Source: Prorocentrum cordatum
Lineage: Eukaryota
DNA: 49,721 nucleotides
Direction: 5' to 3'
NCBI GenBank assembly: GCA_963575745.1
Contig: CAUYUJ010000115.1
Location: 620,001-669,721 of the forward strand
The notes under the pieces are model-generated. The model saw nothing but the letters and a program-made list of their open reading frames with translations, was not told the DNA's origin and made no database searches. Below, one piece after another: positions 35,849 to 48,900 of this stretch (position 1 is its first letter; every line of letters begins with the position of its first letter). The position numbers were made by a program, and so were the translations under genes.

Positions 35849-37320
35849 CTAGTACTCCTCATCTGATGAGCCAGCTCCGAACGCGCAGGACGGGATGGCG
35901 TTCTTGCGAACATGGGGCTTCGGCAAGGGCGATGTGGGCCTCGGCGCGGGCTCCTGGGGCTTCGCCTCGGGCTGCGGCGTCGGGATCTCGGGTGCGCCAG
36001 CCAGCGCCTGGGGCACGACGGCCGCGGCCTCGGGCCCCCCTTGGGCGGCGGGGGAACCTGCGACAGCACCTGCGGAGGAAACCGTGCCAGGGGTCTGGAT
36101 CGGCCTCTTCGGGCTCGGGCTTGGCTGCGCGGCTGCTGGCTTCTTCTGCGGCGGGGCCTCTTCTTCGCTGGGAGGCACACTGTCCGAGGGGGGCTCTGGC
36201 TTCTCTGCGCCTGCTGGCCTCTTCATCACTGGGGCGTCGTCCGAGGAGGGCTCTGGCTTCTCCGCGGCTGCTGGCCTCTTCAGAACGCTGGCAATGTTAG
36301 CGGCGGGCTTTCCCTTTGAGACGACCTCCTCTTCCTCTGCCTCGTCGTCCTCCTCGATCTCGTCCTCGCCCTCATTTTCCTCCTCCTCCTCCTCAGGCTG
36401 GCCGTCCTCCTCATCCTCCTCTTCCTCGTCCTCGGCGGGGTCGTCATCCTCTTCCGCTTTTGCTGCCTCGGCAGCTGCTGGCTTTGCCTTGAGGGTCATC
36501 GGCTTGGCCGCAGCTGTTTTTTCTTTGCGGGCCCGCCACCAAATTTCTCTTTTTTTCAGCTGCTCCATGGCCTCTTTAGTAGTAGTGCCTGCGGCGTAAA
36601 GCCCCCCCTGCTCCTTAGAGAAAGCGAGGGCTTCCATCTCGGTCTCTACCGTAATCGACAGGTTCAACTTCATGTTGGGTCTCTGTTGGCCTTCTGGCTT
36701 TTCCCACAATGCAAAAGACCTTTCGCCGTGGCGGCTGTGCTCTGTGATTGTCAATAATGTTCCTTTCTCGTTGGCTTTCATCTTGCTCCAGATCGGGCCG
36801 CGACCTTTTTTTTTTTTCTGGTCGAGTTCTGCTTTGAGCGCCCCCCACGTCAGCCCTGGCACTGGAATCTTCGCCCCGTCCCTCCACGCAGCCACGGCCT
36901 CGTCCTCATCCGCTCCCCCCTCCTCGTTCTGGTCGGCCCACTTGGCCGCGTACTCTGGGGCGGACGTGGCGTTGCCCGTGTCCACGCGGTACGCGGCCTG
37001 CCCTTCCGATATACGGGCGGGGGCGCGCAGGCAGGGCAGCAGCGCGGCGGGGTGGCAGAGGCTAAGGAAAGGTCACAGGGTTTCGGTGGCGGCGTTGCGG
37101 ATGGCATTGCCGTTTCTCGTCTCCCCCTCCCCCCAGCCCCCGCCCCCCCCCCCCCCCCCCCCCTCGCACTTCCTTCCCCATCAGGCTCGAGGGGCGGGGG
37201 GCGGGGGGGGGGGGGGGGGGTGCGAGCCGAAAGTCAGCGCGGCCGCCCCCAAAACCTACATCGCCCCAGGCAGGAGCCAGCGGTCCGAGCATGAGAGACA
37301 CATTGCAGAATCACACGTAC

Positions 37321-37365
<45 letters not shown>

Positions 37366-37374
37366 TGATTGAGA

Positions 37375-37407
<33 letters not shown>

Positions 37408-37420
37408 GGGAAAAAAAAAA

Positions 37421-37504
<84 letters not shown>

Positions 37505-37543
37505 AGAGAGAGCAGAGGAGAGAGAGCAACGAGAAAAAAAGAA

Positions 37544-37582
<39 letters not shown>

Positions 37583-38205
37583 GACAGAGGGTGGGAGCGA
37601 GAACGATAGAGAGAGAGAGGGAGAACGAGGGAGGGTGAGAGATACTATGAGAGATAACGAGAGAGAGAGAGGGAGACGCAGAAAGAGAGAGTGAGCGAGG
37701 GGTAGAGAACGAGAGAAGTAATACATATAGAGAGATATAGAGATAACGAGAGATAAATAAAAAGAGAGAGAGCCCCCTTTCCCACCACCATCTCGTTGTC
37801 CATCTTGTACATGTACTTCCTCTCCTGCCCGGCCACCGCATCGCGCCGCTCGTGGCAGGGGGGCGGTACTTGCAGGGGTGCGGAAGGAGGGAGAGGAGAG
37901 GGGGGCCCTCCCCTCCTTGCTCTCGTCCAGCTCGATCGCATGTTCGATGAACTGCTTGGTCCACTCTGGCGCGCATGGAAAGTTCCGCCTGCGGGTCGCC
38001 CCCCCTCTGCGCTGCGTGCTAAGTCGCTAGGTTGCGCATAGCTTCCGCGTCCACGATCAGCCCCCGACGATTTCCCAATTGTTTCTTCGAAGAGGGGGGG
38101 GGGGGGGGGATGGACGGAGGTGGGGGGGGGGGGGGGGGGGGGGGGGGGGGGCGGTTGAGGGCGAGGAGGAGACGAGGGCTGTAGAGAGAGAGGGAGAAAG
38201 AGACG

Positions 38206-38246
<41 letters not shown>

Positions 38247-38818
38247 AGAGAGCGAGAGAGAAATAGAAAACAAAGGCGAGGGAGAGACAGAGAGAGAGAG
38301 AGAGAGATAGAGAGATGGAGGGAGTGGGGAAGGGAAATGAATGTGAGCTTAGAGAGGGTAGGTAAATGAGTGACAGGACGAGGACGAGGAAACTGAAGTA
38401 GCGCAACCAAAAAAAACACCCATGGAAAGACGTCGCTCTGATCACCCGAAGCTCACCTGTTCTTGATGATATTTTGTTGAACGTGTCGAAGAGCGACCCG
38501 CAGGTTTCTAGATTTCTTCTGGGCCCAGTCGTCTATCTGGTCAGCCAAATGCCAGGTCTTCTCGTTCTCTGATGCGACCTTCTGAAATGCGCCAGCGGCG
38601 GCCACCGACGATATCGCTGCGTTCGGGTAGATGGCCTTCCGCACGGCTAGGATCAGCGGGGCTGCCTTTTTGAGCTTGGCCGAGTCTACGGGGTCCTCCA
38701 TTTCTAGATCATACTCGAAGGACTCTGGGTTCTTCAAGAAAGAAGTGATCGCCTCGACCAGGCCATCTGTGGCTTCTAGGGTACGCTTCCGCTGTTTCCT
38801 AGGGGGGCCCTCCGCCAT
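35849..38818 (-). CDS. Multi-exon hypothetical cargo protein with acidic tract and KRPA repeats; exons ~38818-38457, 37988-37789, 36997-35849
   Basis: AACAG|GTGAGC donor at 38456 and CAG|G acceptors; spliced text RHVQQNIIKNR-RNFPCAPEW...YMYKMDNEM-AAYRVD...AVAAWRDG. The middle exon needs one indel or a mini-intron. Confidence 0.6.
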
Positions 38819-39479
38819 GGTTGACCGCTCGAGCCAGAACGTGTAATTACGAGTTTCTGTGCATTGCCTCCCCCCCCTTGCTCCTGGACCCAGCGGGCCT
38901 CCACTCGGGCACCAAAGAGCCCATCGAAGCAATGTGATTCAGACTTTCCTCCTTCCCCTCCCAGTGGGCTCAGCCCCGCCCTCCTCCTCCTGCCCCTCCT
39001 CGTCGCCCCCCCTGCCAGCTCGCGCCCTGGGCCCACCATCGGCTGGCGCCCAGCGGCTGGCGCGAGGAGAATGAGGATCAGGAAAGCGGGAGCTGGAAGG
39101 GGTGTGTGAAAATGGAAGGGTGCGGGGGATGTGGGTAGGGGGCCGATGGCAGGGAGGGTGGCACAGCCCGCGGGCCCCCCGTCGGGGGGAAGGGGGATCT
39201 TGCATGAGCGATGCTTCCAATGGGGCAGTGGACGTCGATGCGATTACGACGATTCCCTCAAGGGGGGACGGTGGCCCCTGAAACGGGAGGCGGACCCGGG
39301 AGGGTGGCGGACAGCGTTAGCACCGTTAGCACTGGGTTAGGGCACGTCTCCGAGCCAGCATCGAAGCCTCTGCGAGTCGAATGGGTGAGGGGCATCCTGC
39401 TGAGAGGGCGATGGCCATTACTGGGCTGCACCACTCGCCCTCCCCCGCCGAGAGGCCGACGACCGACCGCCCGCCCAAC

Positions 39480-42400
39480 CCTTCCCATGACCAGGTCGTC
39501 GATCTTATCCAAGTCACCGCGGACCTCCTTACCCTTCGCCCACTTCCAGTTCACATCCTTGTTGATGAGGGTGTTCAGCGTGTTGACCTCCCCGCGCGTC
39601 GAGTAAGGGATAGGGGGCGCCAGCGGAAACGGCGACGCAGCGGGTGAGGTCGAGCGAGATGGGAGGGCCTGGGCGAGGGGCAGACGCGCGGGGGGACAGA
39701 GCTATAAAGGGCTGAAGTTAGAGCGGAGCTGGGGGCAACGAAACGCGAGCGAGGGGCTCTAGGGCGGGTCTGCAATTTACGAGGGAGCGGTGGGAGACGA
39801 GCGCTTCCTGCGCGGAGGCGGGCAACGCAGAGGAGGAGGATGAGGATGAGGATGAGGATGAGGATGAGGATGAGGATCAGGATGAAGGGGGGAGGGGGAG
39901 GAGCGCGAGCAAGGAGAGGGGGATAACATTTAAAAAAGCAAGAGGAGGTGAGTCGGAGGAGGGAGGATGAGTAGCGGAGGAAGCGAACATGACGCAATAA
40001 TGACATCATCCGCCCCCCCCGCCCGGCCTGGGCCATGGTCTGCACGTACGTGGTGCGGATCTTCCTGACGGCGGTGAGCCAGTCGGCTGCCTTCTTCGTC
40101 ACCCTCGTGCCCTCTGTGTTGCAGTCGCCACCGTCGCCGCCCGTCTCGGCCCGACCGCGCTTCTTGCGGTTGGCGCCCTTCTGCTCGGAGTGCTGGAGGC
40201 CGTCCTTCTTGTCGGCGCCAGACGGCCGCGGAGTGGCCTGGCCCTGCGCTGGAGGCGCGGCCGTGCCAGCGGCCGCCGCCGCAGGACTTGCGGGGGCCCC
40301 CGCAGCAGGAGGATGCGCAGCCGCAGCAGTAGCAGGCGTCACTGGAGTAGGAGGGGCCGCACTCGTAGGAGTAGCTGGGACCGCAGCCGCAGGAGTAGGA
40401 GGGGCCGCACCCGTAGGAGTAGCTGTGACCGTGGCCACAGGAGTAGAAGGGGCCGCAGCGGTAGACCCACCATCAGCGGCCAGAGCCGTCCCACCACGAG
40501 AGCCGTCGCCACGGCCGAGTCCTTGGCGATCGGCTGCGGGCTGATCGGCAACGGCAGCAGCTTGGGTCCAGGACTCGAAACTCGACCACGACCTCGACCA
40601 CGTGTCGCGGAGCTTGTGCGTGGTCCACAGGAACAGCAGCGTGCTCGTCATGTCGCCCCACTTGCACCAGATGCCGCCCATGAGCACCGCCTTCCTGCAG
40701 TAGTTCTGCGCCTGGCGCATGCCAGACCTTCCCCCGCCGCATTTCCATGCGACCCTTCCCAAAGTCATGCACTCAGCGTCCTTGATCTCCGAGAGCACGC
40801 GGCGCTCCTCAGTCGTCTGCTTGTGCTCGTGATCCCACTTCTCATACTCGCCCTCGGCCCATTTGGCACGAAAGTTCTGCTTGTTCACGTAGCCCTTCGC
40901 TTTCATGTAGTCTTGCTTCAGCTTCTTGTCGGCGTTCAGCGCACGGTCCCATCTACCTGCCATGGGGTTGCCCTTCACCTTCTCGGTTGAGAACACAAAC
41001 CCTCGCTCTCGAAGGTCTTCTTTTTGTTTTGCTTTGCTTTGCTGTTTCTAGGCCTTGGTCTTTTTTTGTGCTGTTGTTTGTGTTGTTTGGTCTTTGGCTG
41101 TTGTATTGTGTTGTGTTTTGTTTGCTTGTTTATTTTTTTTGCTCTTTACTTTTTTTTTTTTTTTTTGTTTGTTGGGCTGCTCCAGAGCTGCGTGTCGGGG
41201 TGGTCGATCTCCGGCTCCTCCTCATCGGGCTTGGTCTTCCGAGCCTTGTGGACGTTGCGGATCAGCTCGCTCTGGAAGAAGGACGTCATCGTGAACTCGG
41301 CAGCGTCTACGCTGTCGCTTGTCGTGGCGTCGTTCTGCAGCCTCTCCATCTCCAAGTTCAGGGCCTCGACGAGATCTGATTTGTCAAGGGGCTCCGTAGG
41401 CGTCATGATGGGCTCCGTTCGCATCTCGATATCATCGGAGGAGTCGGCGAAGTCCAGTGCCAAGACTCCTATCTGCCCCATCTCCTGCAGCGGGTGGTGC
41501 TCGTCTCCTGGCATCTCCACCCGCGCGGGCCGACGTTTCGGCGGCGGCGAGTCGATGCTGGCCCCGTCGATGTTCAGTCTGCTGGCCAACGCTCTGAAAT
41601 AAGAGTTCGCGTCGTAAGCCTCCTTGTGCTGGGCCTCCCACTCCGCCTTCTTCTGGTCCAACTCCATCTGCGTGCACGTGCCTGGAAGACGGTCCGTCAG
41701 CCAGGGCAGATGATCATCGGGTTCAATCGGCCCCGATGTGTCTGCGAGCTCAACGTCCGCGTACGGGTCGGCCGTAGCTGGCTCCTGCTGCTCCTGCGCT
41801 GGCTCCTGCGCTGGCGCCTGAGCTGGCGCCTCGGCTGGCTGCTGCGGGCAGCTCGGGGCTGAGACTTGGGCCGTCGGGCCCGCGGGGACCCACGTGGAGC
41901 CCGACGACTGAAGGTACGGATCGGAGTCCGCGTCCTCGACGACAATGAGTTCGGGCACTTCGACGCTCGCGTGATCATGCTTTGACAAGGCCAGGGCAAG
42001 CTCCAAGTCGCGGTGGTAGTTTTCCTCTGGAGTCAGGACGGTCTCCAACTCGGTGTCGGAATCGTCGGGGTCCGACGCGCGGTCCGAGGGGTCCCACGCG
42101 CCCAATCGTTTCTCGCCCTCGTCCTCGGCGCCAGCCAGGTCCTCGTCCGCGACGCCGACGCTGCTGCCCTGACTCTCGGACTCACCCGAGTCGCCCTCGG
42201 CTGTGTCCACGGCGGTGTCCACGCGGCGGGCGTCGCTGTCCTGGCCCTCGGCGGTGTCCACGCGGCGGGCGTCGCTGTCCTGGCCCTCGGCGGCGTCCAC
42301 GCGGCTGGCGTCGATGTCCTGGCCCTCGGCGGTGTCCACGCGGCGGGCGGTGTCGGCCTGGCCCTCGGCGGTGCCCACGCGGTTGTCGTCGCTGCCCTGG

Positions 42401-43024
42401 CCCTCGGCGGTGTCCACGCGGTTGTTGTCGCTGTCCTGGCCCTCGGCGGTGTCCACGCGGTTGTTGTCGCTGCCCTGGCCCTCGGCAGCGTCCGCGCCGG
42501 CCTGGTGGCGGCCGCCCTGGCGGAAGAGGGGGCGGCACGGCACTGGAAACGGGGAGGGGCATGAGATGGGGGAGGCCTGATGCAGGCTGCCCCACATGTG
42601 GTCGTGCTCGCCGAGTTTTAAGCGGCTGAGCATCTCGATGATCGCTGTCACATCGTCAATCGGGTCGTCGAGGACCGATGGGGACGCGAATCGATGGGGA
42701 CTAGAAGGACGAGGATGGAGCATTAGACGTGGGGGAGGGAGAGCGGGATGAGGAGGAGGAGGAGGAGGAGGAGGGGGAGGAGGAGAAAAAGGAGGAGGAG
42801 GAGGAGTAGGAGAAGGAGGAGGAGGAGGAGGAGGAGGAGGAGGAGGAGAAGGAGGAGGCGGCGGCGGGGGCCTGATGTTGGGCTCTCTCTTGAGCCCTCA
42901 GCCTGTGGTAGAGATCCACGAACTTTTTCTTCTCGTGAATTATGGTGCATCTCATTTTTTTGTACAACTTCGAATGCACTCGAGGGAAGTAGCCGATGTG
43001 GTCCGAGACAATGTTGGGTTTCAA
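39480..43024 (-). CDS. Large interrupted hypothetical cargo protein (ORF pieces 42701-43024, 41146-42723, 39575-40996, tail ~39600-39480)
   Basis: Long GC3-rich co-oriented ORFs separated by low-complexity inserts; globular part RWDRAL...KQNFRAKWAEGEY...AQNYCRKAVLMGGIWCKWGDMT. Confidence 0.55.
42190..42495 (-). repeat. 39-bp coding tandem repeat (13-aa DTAEGQDSDxxRV), about 7 units
   Basis: Visible in ORF 41146-42723 and in DNA as GGCCCTCGGCGG.GTCCACGCGG. Confidence 0.9.
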
Positions 43025-43379
43025 GCGCCTCGAACGCAGCTCCTAGGGACGATCGGCTCAGGATGAACGGACATAGGGGAACGCATGGGGGAGGGCGAGA
43101 GGAGACGAAACGGAAGAGGAGGGGGGGGGGGGCGGATCGGGGAAAACGTGGGAGGGCGAGCGTGGAGGGATGAAGGGGAGAGGCAGGACGTCCTCCGTCG
43201 CTCCTCCTCCTCGTCCTCCCGATCCTCCTCCCAGGCCTCCTGTGGGGCCCGCCTCCGATCGTTCTCCCCTTCCCCCCCTGCAGGGGGGGAAGGGGGGGGG
43301 AAGGGGGTGGGGCCCCCCCCCTCCCGAGTCCTCCTTGATGACCTCGGCGATCGGCATCGCACGGGCCTGGGCTGGGGGC

Positions 43380-43544
43380 GCGACGATGGCGACGACGACG
43401 AAGACGACGACGACGACGACGACGACGACGACTACGACGACGACGACGACGAAGACCACAACGATTGACAGCGACGGCGACGGCGACTACGACGACGACG
43501 ACGGCAACCACGACGACGAGGACCAAGACGACGACCTATTGATA

Positions 43545-43591
<47 letters not shown>

Positions 43592-43700
43592 ACCGGCCTC
43601 GGCCGCGCCGCGGATTCCCCAACGGCGGATGTCGGCCTGCATAAAAACCCTGCAAGCCATGAGGGCTGCGGGGGCGGCAGCGGCGACGGCGACGGCGCCG

Positions 43701-43762
<62 letters not shown>

Positions 43763-43945
43763 ACGACGACGACGACGACGACGACGAAGCCGCCGCCGAC
43801 TACGACGACTGCGGCGACGACGACGACGGCGGCCGCGACGGGGACGACGACGAGGACGACGACGATGGCGGCGACGGCGACAACGACGACGACGGCGGCG
43901 GGGCGACGGCGGCGGCGGCCGACGCCAGCGACGACGACGGCGGCG
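43380..43945. repeat. (GAC)n/(GGCGAC)n tracts
   Basis: Direct inspection. Confidence 0.85.
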
Positions 43946-44044
43946 TGTCCGCTGCCCCGCTCAGGCGGTGGCGTCCTGCGTGCAACAGTAAGCTCTTCGA
44001 CCAGACCTTCGCGCGTAGTTTAGGCGATCCAGCCGTGGCGACGA

Positions 44045-44260
44045 GAGCAAAATGGTAATGCAAAGCAACGCAAAGCAATGCAAAGCAATGCAAAGCAACA
44101 GCACGTATCATGATAATGTTGAAAGCAAATAAAAATCTGCCAATCTTGCAAAGCAAAGGTAAAGCAACGCGCAGCAATGCCAAGCAGCGCCACCCAATGC
44201 CAATATCGAACGCAAGGTAATGCCAAGCAGTGCAAAGCAATGCAATGTTGTGCAAATCAG
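44045..44260. repeat. (GCAAA/GCAAT)n 5-bp periodic subterminal repeat
   Basis: GCAAAGCAACGCAAAGCAATGCAAAGCAAT... Confidence 0.75.
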
Positions 44261-44376
44261 TGCAGATAGTAGTGAACACATAAAGTTTTGAATGTTTCCA
44301 AGAGCGTGAGATCTTACATCTAGTCTTTTTAAGAACAGTCCTTGCCGTTCTTAGAGGCTCTAAGAACATAGTTTTA

Positions 44377-44409
44377 CGATCTTAAACTAAGATAGCAGAG
44401 GCCTCTGGG
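44377..44409 (-). repeat. Right TIR
   Basis: CGATCTTAAACTAAGATAGCAGAGGCCTCTGGG followed by TA. Confidence 0.92.
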
Positions 44410-44411
44410 TA

Positions 44412-45326
44412 ACGCCCGTGGCAGTGAAATCGTCGATCGCGCGTACCTGGACGCGTTGGCTCCCGGCGCGGCGTCCAGGGGAGGGGGCGGTGCATGCCGC
44501 GGCGAATGCGCCATTCCTTGCGTATCCATTCTTCCAACTTCCAGCGCCATCCCTCGTCTACAGGGAATCGCGGGTTTAACACCGCCCCGCGTGGCAGGTC
44601 GGACAACCGGGCCCACGCTGCCTGGCCCGCGGCCACCTGCGCGCTCGCGGACGTCGCAGCATGGGCGACTGTCCCCGCTGGCTTGCGCGGCGCGCGCCCT
44701 TTCGTATGCTTTATCGTGCAAAATCTGGGTGACTTCCGCGTCGGCCCCCAGATCCCGAGACACGCGCTCGAGGGTGGCGGCGTTCAAAGTGTCCGCTCGG
44801 CTGCGCAACTCGGATGGGCACTCGGCTCCCTTGGGGGTCACGGGCGCGTTCATGCCCGAGCGCGGCAGGGCCCCCACTAGCGGGAAGCCCCGCTCCAAGT
44901 CACGCGTCAAATTCTCGTCGGACGCCTCAAGCACGGAGCCGCGCCCCGCTGTCGCGCGCGCGCGCGCTGCGTCGCTGGTCACCCCAGCAGCTTGCATCAT
45001 TTCGGCCAAAAGCAACAAGTTCTTGTCAGGCCCAAGGACGGAGCGCACATGCCATGGTAACTTCGCATAGCGCGCCTCGCCCGACCGCGCTCTCCGCCGG
45101 TGCTTCGCGGTAGCGGCGTGCCGGGCGGCGCCTTCCATTCTGAAGCCGTCGCGCGTTTGCGCTCTCGCCAAAATTGCAACGCCGCCTCGCGCCTCTTTTG
45201 CAAGAGTGCGTCGCTCGTCTGGCTCGCCGCCACCGCCGCATCGCGCTCAGGTCCCGCAAGCGGCGCTATCTCGCGGACCCGCGGCAAGTGTGCCGCCCAG
45301 GCGGCGTGGCAAAGAGGGCTCATGCC
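44412..45326 (-). pseudogene. pol: N-terminal part of the YR-element RT ORF
   Basis: KNLLLLAEMM...LTRDLERGFPLVGALPRSG...PRFPVDEG...VRAIDDFTATGV, continuing at 24105 as NDCAAAAE. Confidence 0.85.
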
Positions 45327-45511
45327 TGTGCGTGAATTCCCCTACTTCCCCTTATCTTTGCTCATATCCATCCCCCTTCGGCTTCGGATGCATGGTACTC
45401 CGTACTCAGAGGGTGATGTGGCCTGGAACAAAACTTCATCATCCTCATCACGTATACCTACGGACACTTTTGGGGGGGGTTCGGTCCTTCGGTCCCCCTC
45501 CCCCTCACACA
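45327..45511 (+). repeat. Putative 5' LTR (185 bp, TGTG...CACA)
   Basis: Begins where the YR RT frame ends and stops immediately before the PBS; the second LTR is not in the window. Confidence 0.6.
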
Positions 45512-45522
45512 GGTTATCAGCC
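45512..45522 (+). other. Primer-binding site GGTTATCAGCC (copia-type, half-tRNA-iMet-like)
   Basis: Directly after CA; one mismatch from GGTTATGAGCC, the complement of an initiator-tRNA anticodon arm. Confidence 0.6.
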
Positions 45523-45584
45523 TTCTCTGTTCAAAACGCAATCGCTCCAACTTCCGCGCTTCCTGAGCCCCCCACTCAGTCGCG

Positions 45585-45914
45585 ATGGAGGGCGGTGCGC
45601 CTCTCGGCCCCGCGCCTCTTCGCGACGGCGTGGCGGACCCCGTGGCGCGCAACTTGGAGCAGGAGATTGAAGTTTTGATGGACGTGCATGGCATCCCGCG
45701 AGCTGATCGTGTGGCCATTTCTCCAGGTACTGAGGGTCTTGACACTGGACAAGGACACGCTCCTGGTACTCCTCAGTTCCAGGCCCCTTCCTCGTCGTCA
45801 GTCGTTCATCCCGTCGCGTCGCCCAACGTGTCGGATGCAGCGGGAGACCGCAGCCTTTCTCGTTTCTTTTATTCTCTTTTTCCGCTTTTTCTTTGCTTCG
45901 TTTCTGCTTTCTCT

Positions 45915-45968
<54 letters not shown>

Positions 45969-48900
45969 TAGGGTGCTGCGCAGCATCTCTTTCAGAGCGC
46001 TGAGGTCCTCGTGCCACGGCATGATCCGCCCAGAAATGCTGTCAGAGCGAGACACCCTGTGGCTCCTGGAGTTCCTCAGCTCCAGACTCCTCAACCTCCT
46101 CAAAATCTGACCCCGACTTTTCGGGCCCCTGCTGGGGGGGCCCACTCGGAGGCTCTTTCGCCTCCACAGGGAAGTCCCGTGCAGAGAGGCTCTGGAGGAT
46201 CTCGCCGCTGGGGCGGGAGTCACGCGAACGCCGGCGCGCCAGGACGGAACCCAGTCACCCGCGCCGTGACGCCAGTCCGAGAGCACGTCCGCGCCCTCGA
46301 GTTTCGTGCTCAGACCCGCGACGGCGCAGCCTTCGCCGGTCGTCAAGTCACTGTTTCTCGTTCTCGCGCAGCTTCGCCTCGTGACAGACGTGGCCCCGAA
46401 CAGTTCCAGATTGCAGCCCAGGATTTGCACAGCCGCAGTCCCTCCCAGAGGGCACGAAGACGCGCTGTCAGCTCACCTGTGGCTGCGCCTGCCGCCGTCC
46501 CCCTAACAGATATGGCTGAGCTAAGAGACCAGGTACAGACGGATGTGGAGCATCAGACTGCTCTCGTGCACCGGGCAACCGCCACTGAGACTGCGATCTT
46601 GCGATCGGATCTCGCTAAAGGTTTGCAGGAAGTCGACGCTAGGTTGAACGAGGATCGTCACGTCATGTGTCAACTCGTTTCGAAGGTCGATGCTGTTGCC
46701 GCTCAGCGTGGCCAAGACCGCTCCGAGCTTGCCGCTGTGCACTCCGAGTTCTCTCATTTGGAAGCACGTTTTATCCATATGCGTGACCACAATGATACTC
46801 GCGCCAAGTTTCTCCACGATGAACTCCAAGCAGTTGCTGCCGCCAGCGCCGGCGCGGCTCCCTCAGCTCTCCAGGGCCAGATTATTGAGCTTCGTGACGC
46901 CACGATGTCTGCTACATCTGATCTTCGTGCTGAGACCCAACAAGTCCAACAAGATCTCTACGGCAAACTCTGTCAAGCCGAAAATGTTGTCAACCAGCGT
47001 TTCTCTGATTCCCAAGTTGATTCGATCCCAAAGCTCACCGCCAGAGTCCTGACTCTCGAAGAGGCCGTGACTGAGCTGCGCGTTGTAAGGGCCCAGACTG
47101 GCCAGCTGGTGCCCCCTTCTTCGGTTGACGACCCCGCCGTACTGGCAGCCGTACAACGGACCGTGCGTGCGGAGGCGGACCACGTGCAAAGGCAGTTACA
47201 CGAGCTTCGCTCTGAGAGGGATGCTGGAAAGGCACGGGTATCTGAAGTGCAGACCCGCCTGGCGGATACGCAGCAGGAGCTGTCGCGCGTAAAGGCCGAC
47301 ATGGATCAGCTACGTTCTCTTCTTACAGACCTTTCCCAGTCTACTCAACGACAGTATTCCGTGCTTACAGACAAGACCCGCGAGGTCCAGAGGAATGTTG
47401 ATGGTTTCTCAGGCTGCATCGAACAGTTGCAACGTGACAACATCATTCTCGAAGACCAATTCAAGGCCCACGTAGCTGACGCTACACAGCACACACCTGT
47501 ACCACCACACGCCCCGACCTCCAGACGCACTTCTCCCGGCGCCCCTGCCTCGAACGCGGGGGGTGTGCAGGGGGGAACCCCAGCCGCTGGCTACCAGCCA
47601 CAGGCCCGACGTGTGTCACCGTCAGCTGCCAGCAGGACCGCGGCCCCGGCCGCTTCCGCAGCACCTGCACAGGAGGCAAACTTCGACGCTGCAAGCTTTC
47701 GCACGCACTCACCAGTGCCCAACGTCCTTGGTTCTACTGTCATGCAGTCTCAATACACCATCGGAGGGAGCCCTGTTGCTACCATCACACCGGTGAAGGA
47801 GAGCGAGCGTGTGCGTGTTCCAGGTCTTCCCAGAATCGGACATGTTCTTGAGTGGCAGCACGCAGTCCGCAAGGCCTTCTGCAGTGCCTCTGGGCGTCCA
47901 GATGCTGCATACAAGTTCTTCTGTGTTGCAGAACAGCCCGGTGTGACACTGGAAGATCTACAGGACAGCGGTGATTTCGCAAGTTTGGATCTGAAGTTTG
48001 CGGAAGCTTTACAAGCGATTCTCAGCAGCGAATTGAAACTGGATATCAAATTGCTGGAGAACACAGAGCACAAGCACGGTCGCATGATAAAGGGACGTCA
48101 GATCTACTGGAAGATTTTGCGTTATTACGATGTGACCGACGCCGACGATACGATTCATGATTTCGAAAGGATCAACACTCTACGTATGCATGGAGATGAC
48201 CTCAAAAGGTTCGTGACGGAGTGGGACCAACTGCTCCTGGAGCTCCGGGAGCTTCCTCCGCCGAACATTATGGAGTCACTGTTTCGTACACAGATTGAGT
48301 TGCATCCTTGGATGAAGGACGACATGAACACGTACAACAAAGCTCCTAAAGGGGCACCAGAGCGCTGTTACACTTGGCTCCACCACCGAGTCACAACTGT
48401 TCTTGAGCTACACCGAACGCGGCGCAACCAGTACCACCTGAGGACAGGCAACAGGGACACCGCAGCCATCGTCTCTCCGAAGACTGGCTTCTGCGTGCCC
48501 TTCAGCAAGGGCAAATGCCCCAAGGGAAACGCGTGCAAGCTCCTGCACATGGTGGACTCCCGCAGCCGCCCTGACACTGGCGCCCCTCACAGCGAGAACT
48601 CTCGCCAACCCCAGCGTTCTGCCCAGCCACCCGGCTCGCAGCAGCCTCACGGCGGCGCCGCGCGTTTTTGCCACAGATTCGCCAAAACTGGTGCCTGTTC
48701 GTACGGCGACCGCTGCCGCTACCCCCACGTGCCCGCCTGCAGCCACTTCCAGGCAGGCCACTGCGCCAAGGGCGACGCGTGCACCTACGCACACCTGGCA
48801 GCCAACGCTGCGACTCCGCCACAGAGCACCAGCCGCCCGCGGAGTCAGGACAGCCGTGGCCGCCCCCCCTCGCGTGGACCGAAATCTGGTCGAAACCACC

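Noticed and set aside
37300..38340. (ER)n, (SL)n and poly-Phe ORFs
   Set aside because: (GA)n and poly-A tracts inside predicted introns; the long homopolymers may be sequencing artefacts
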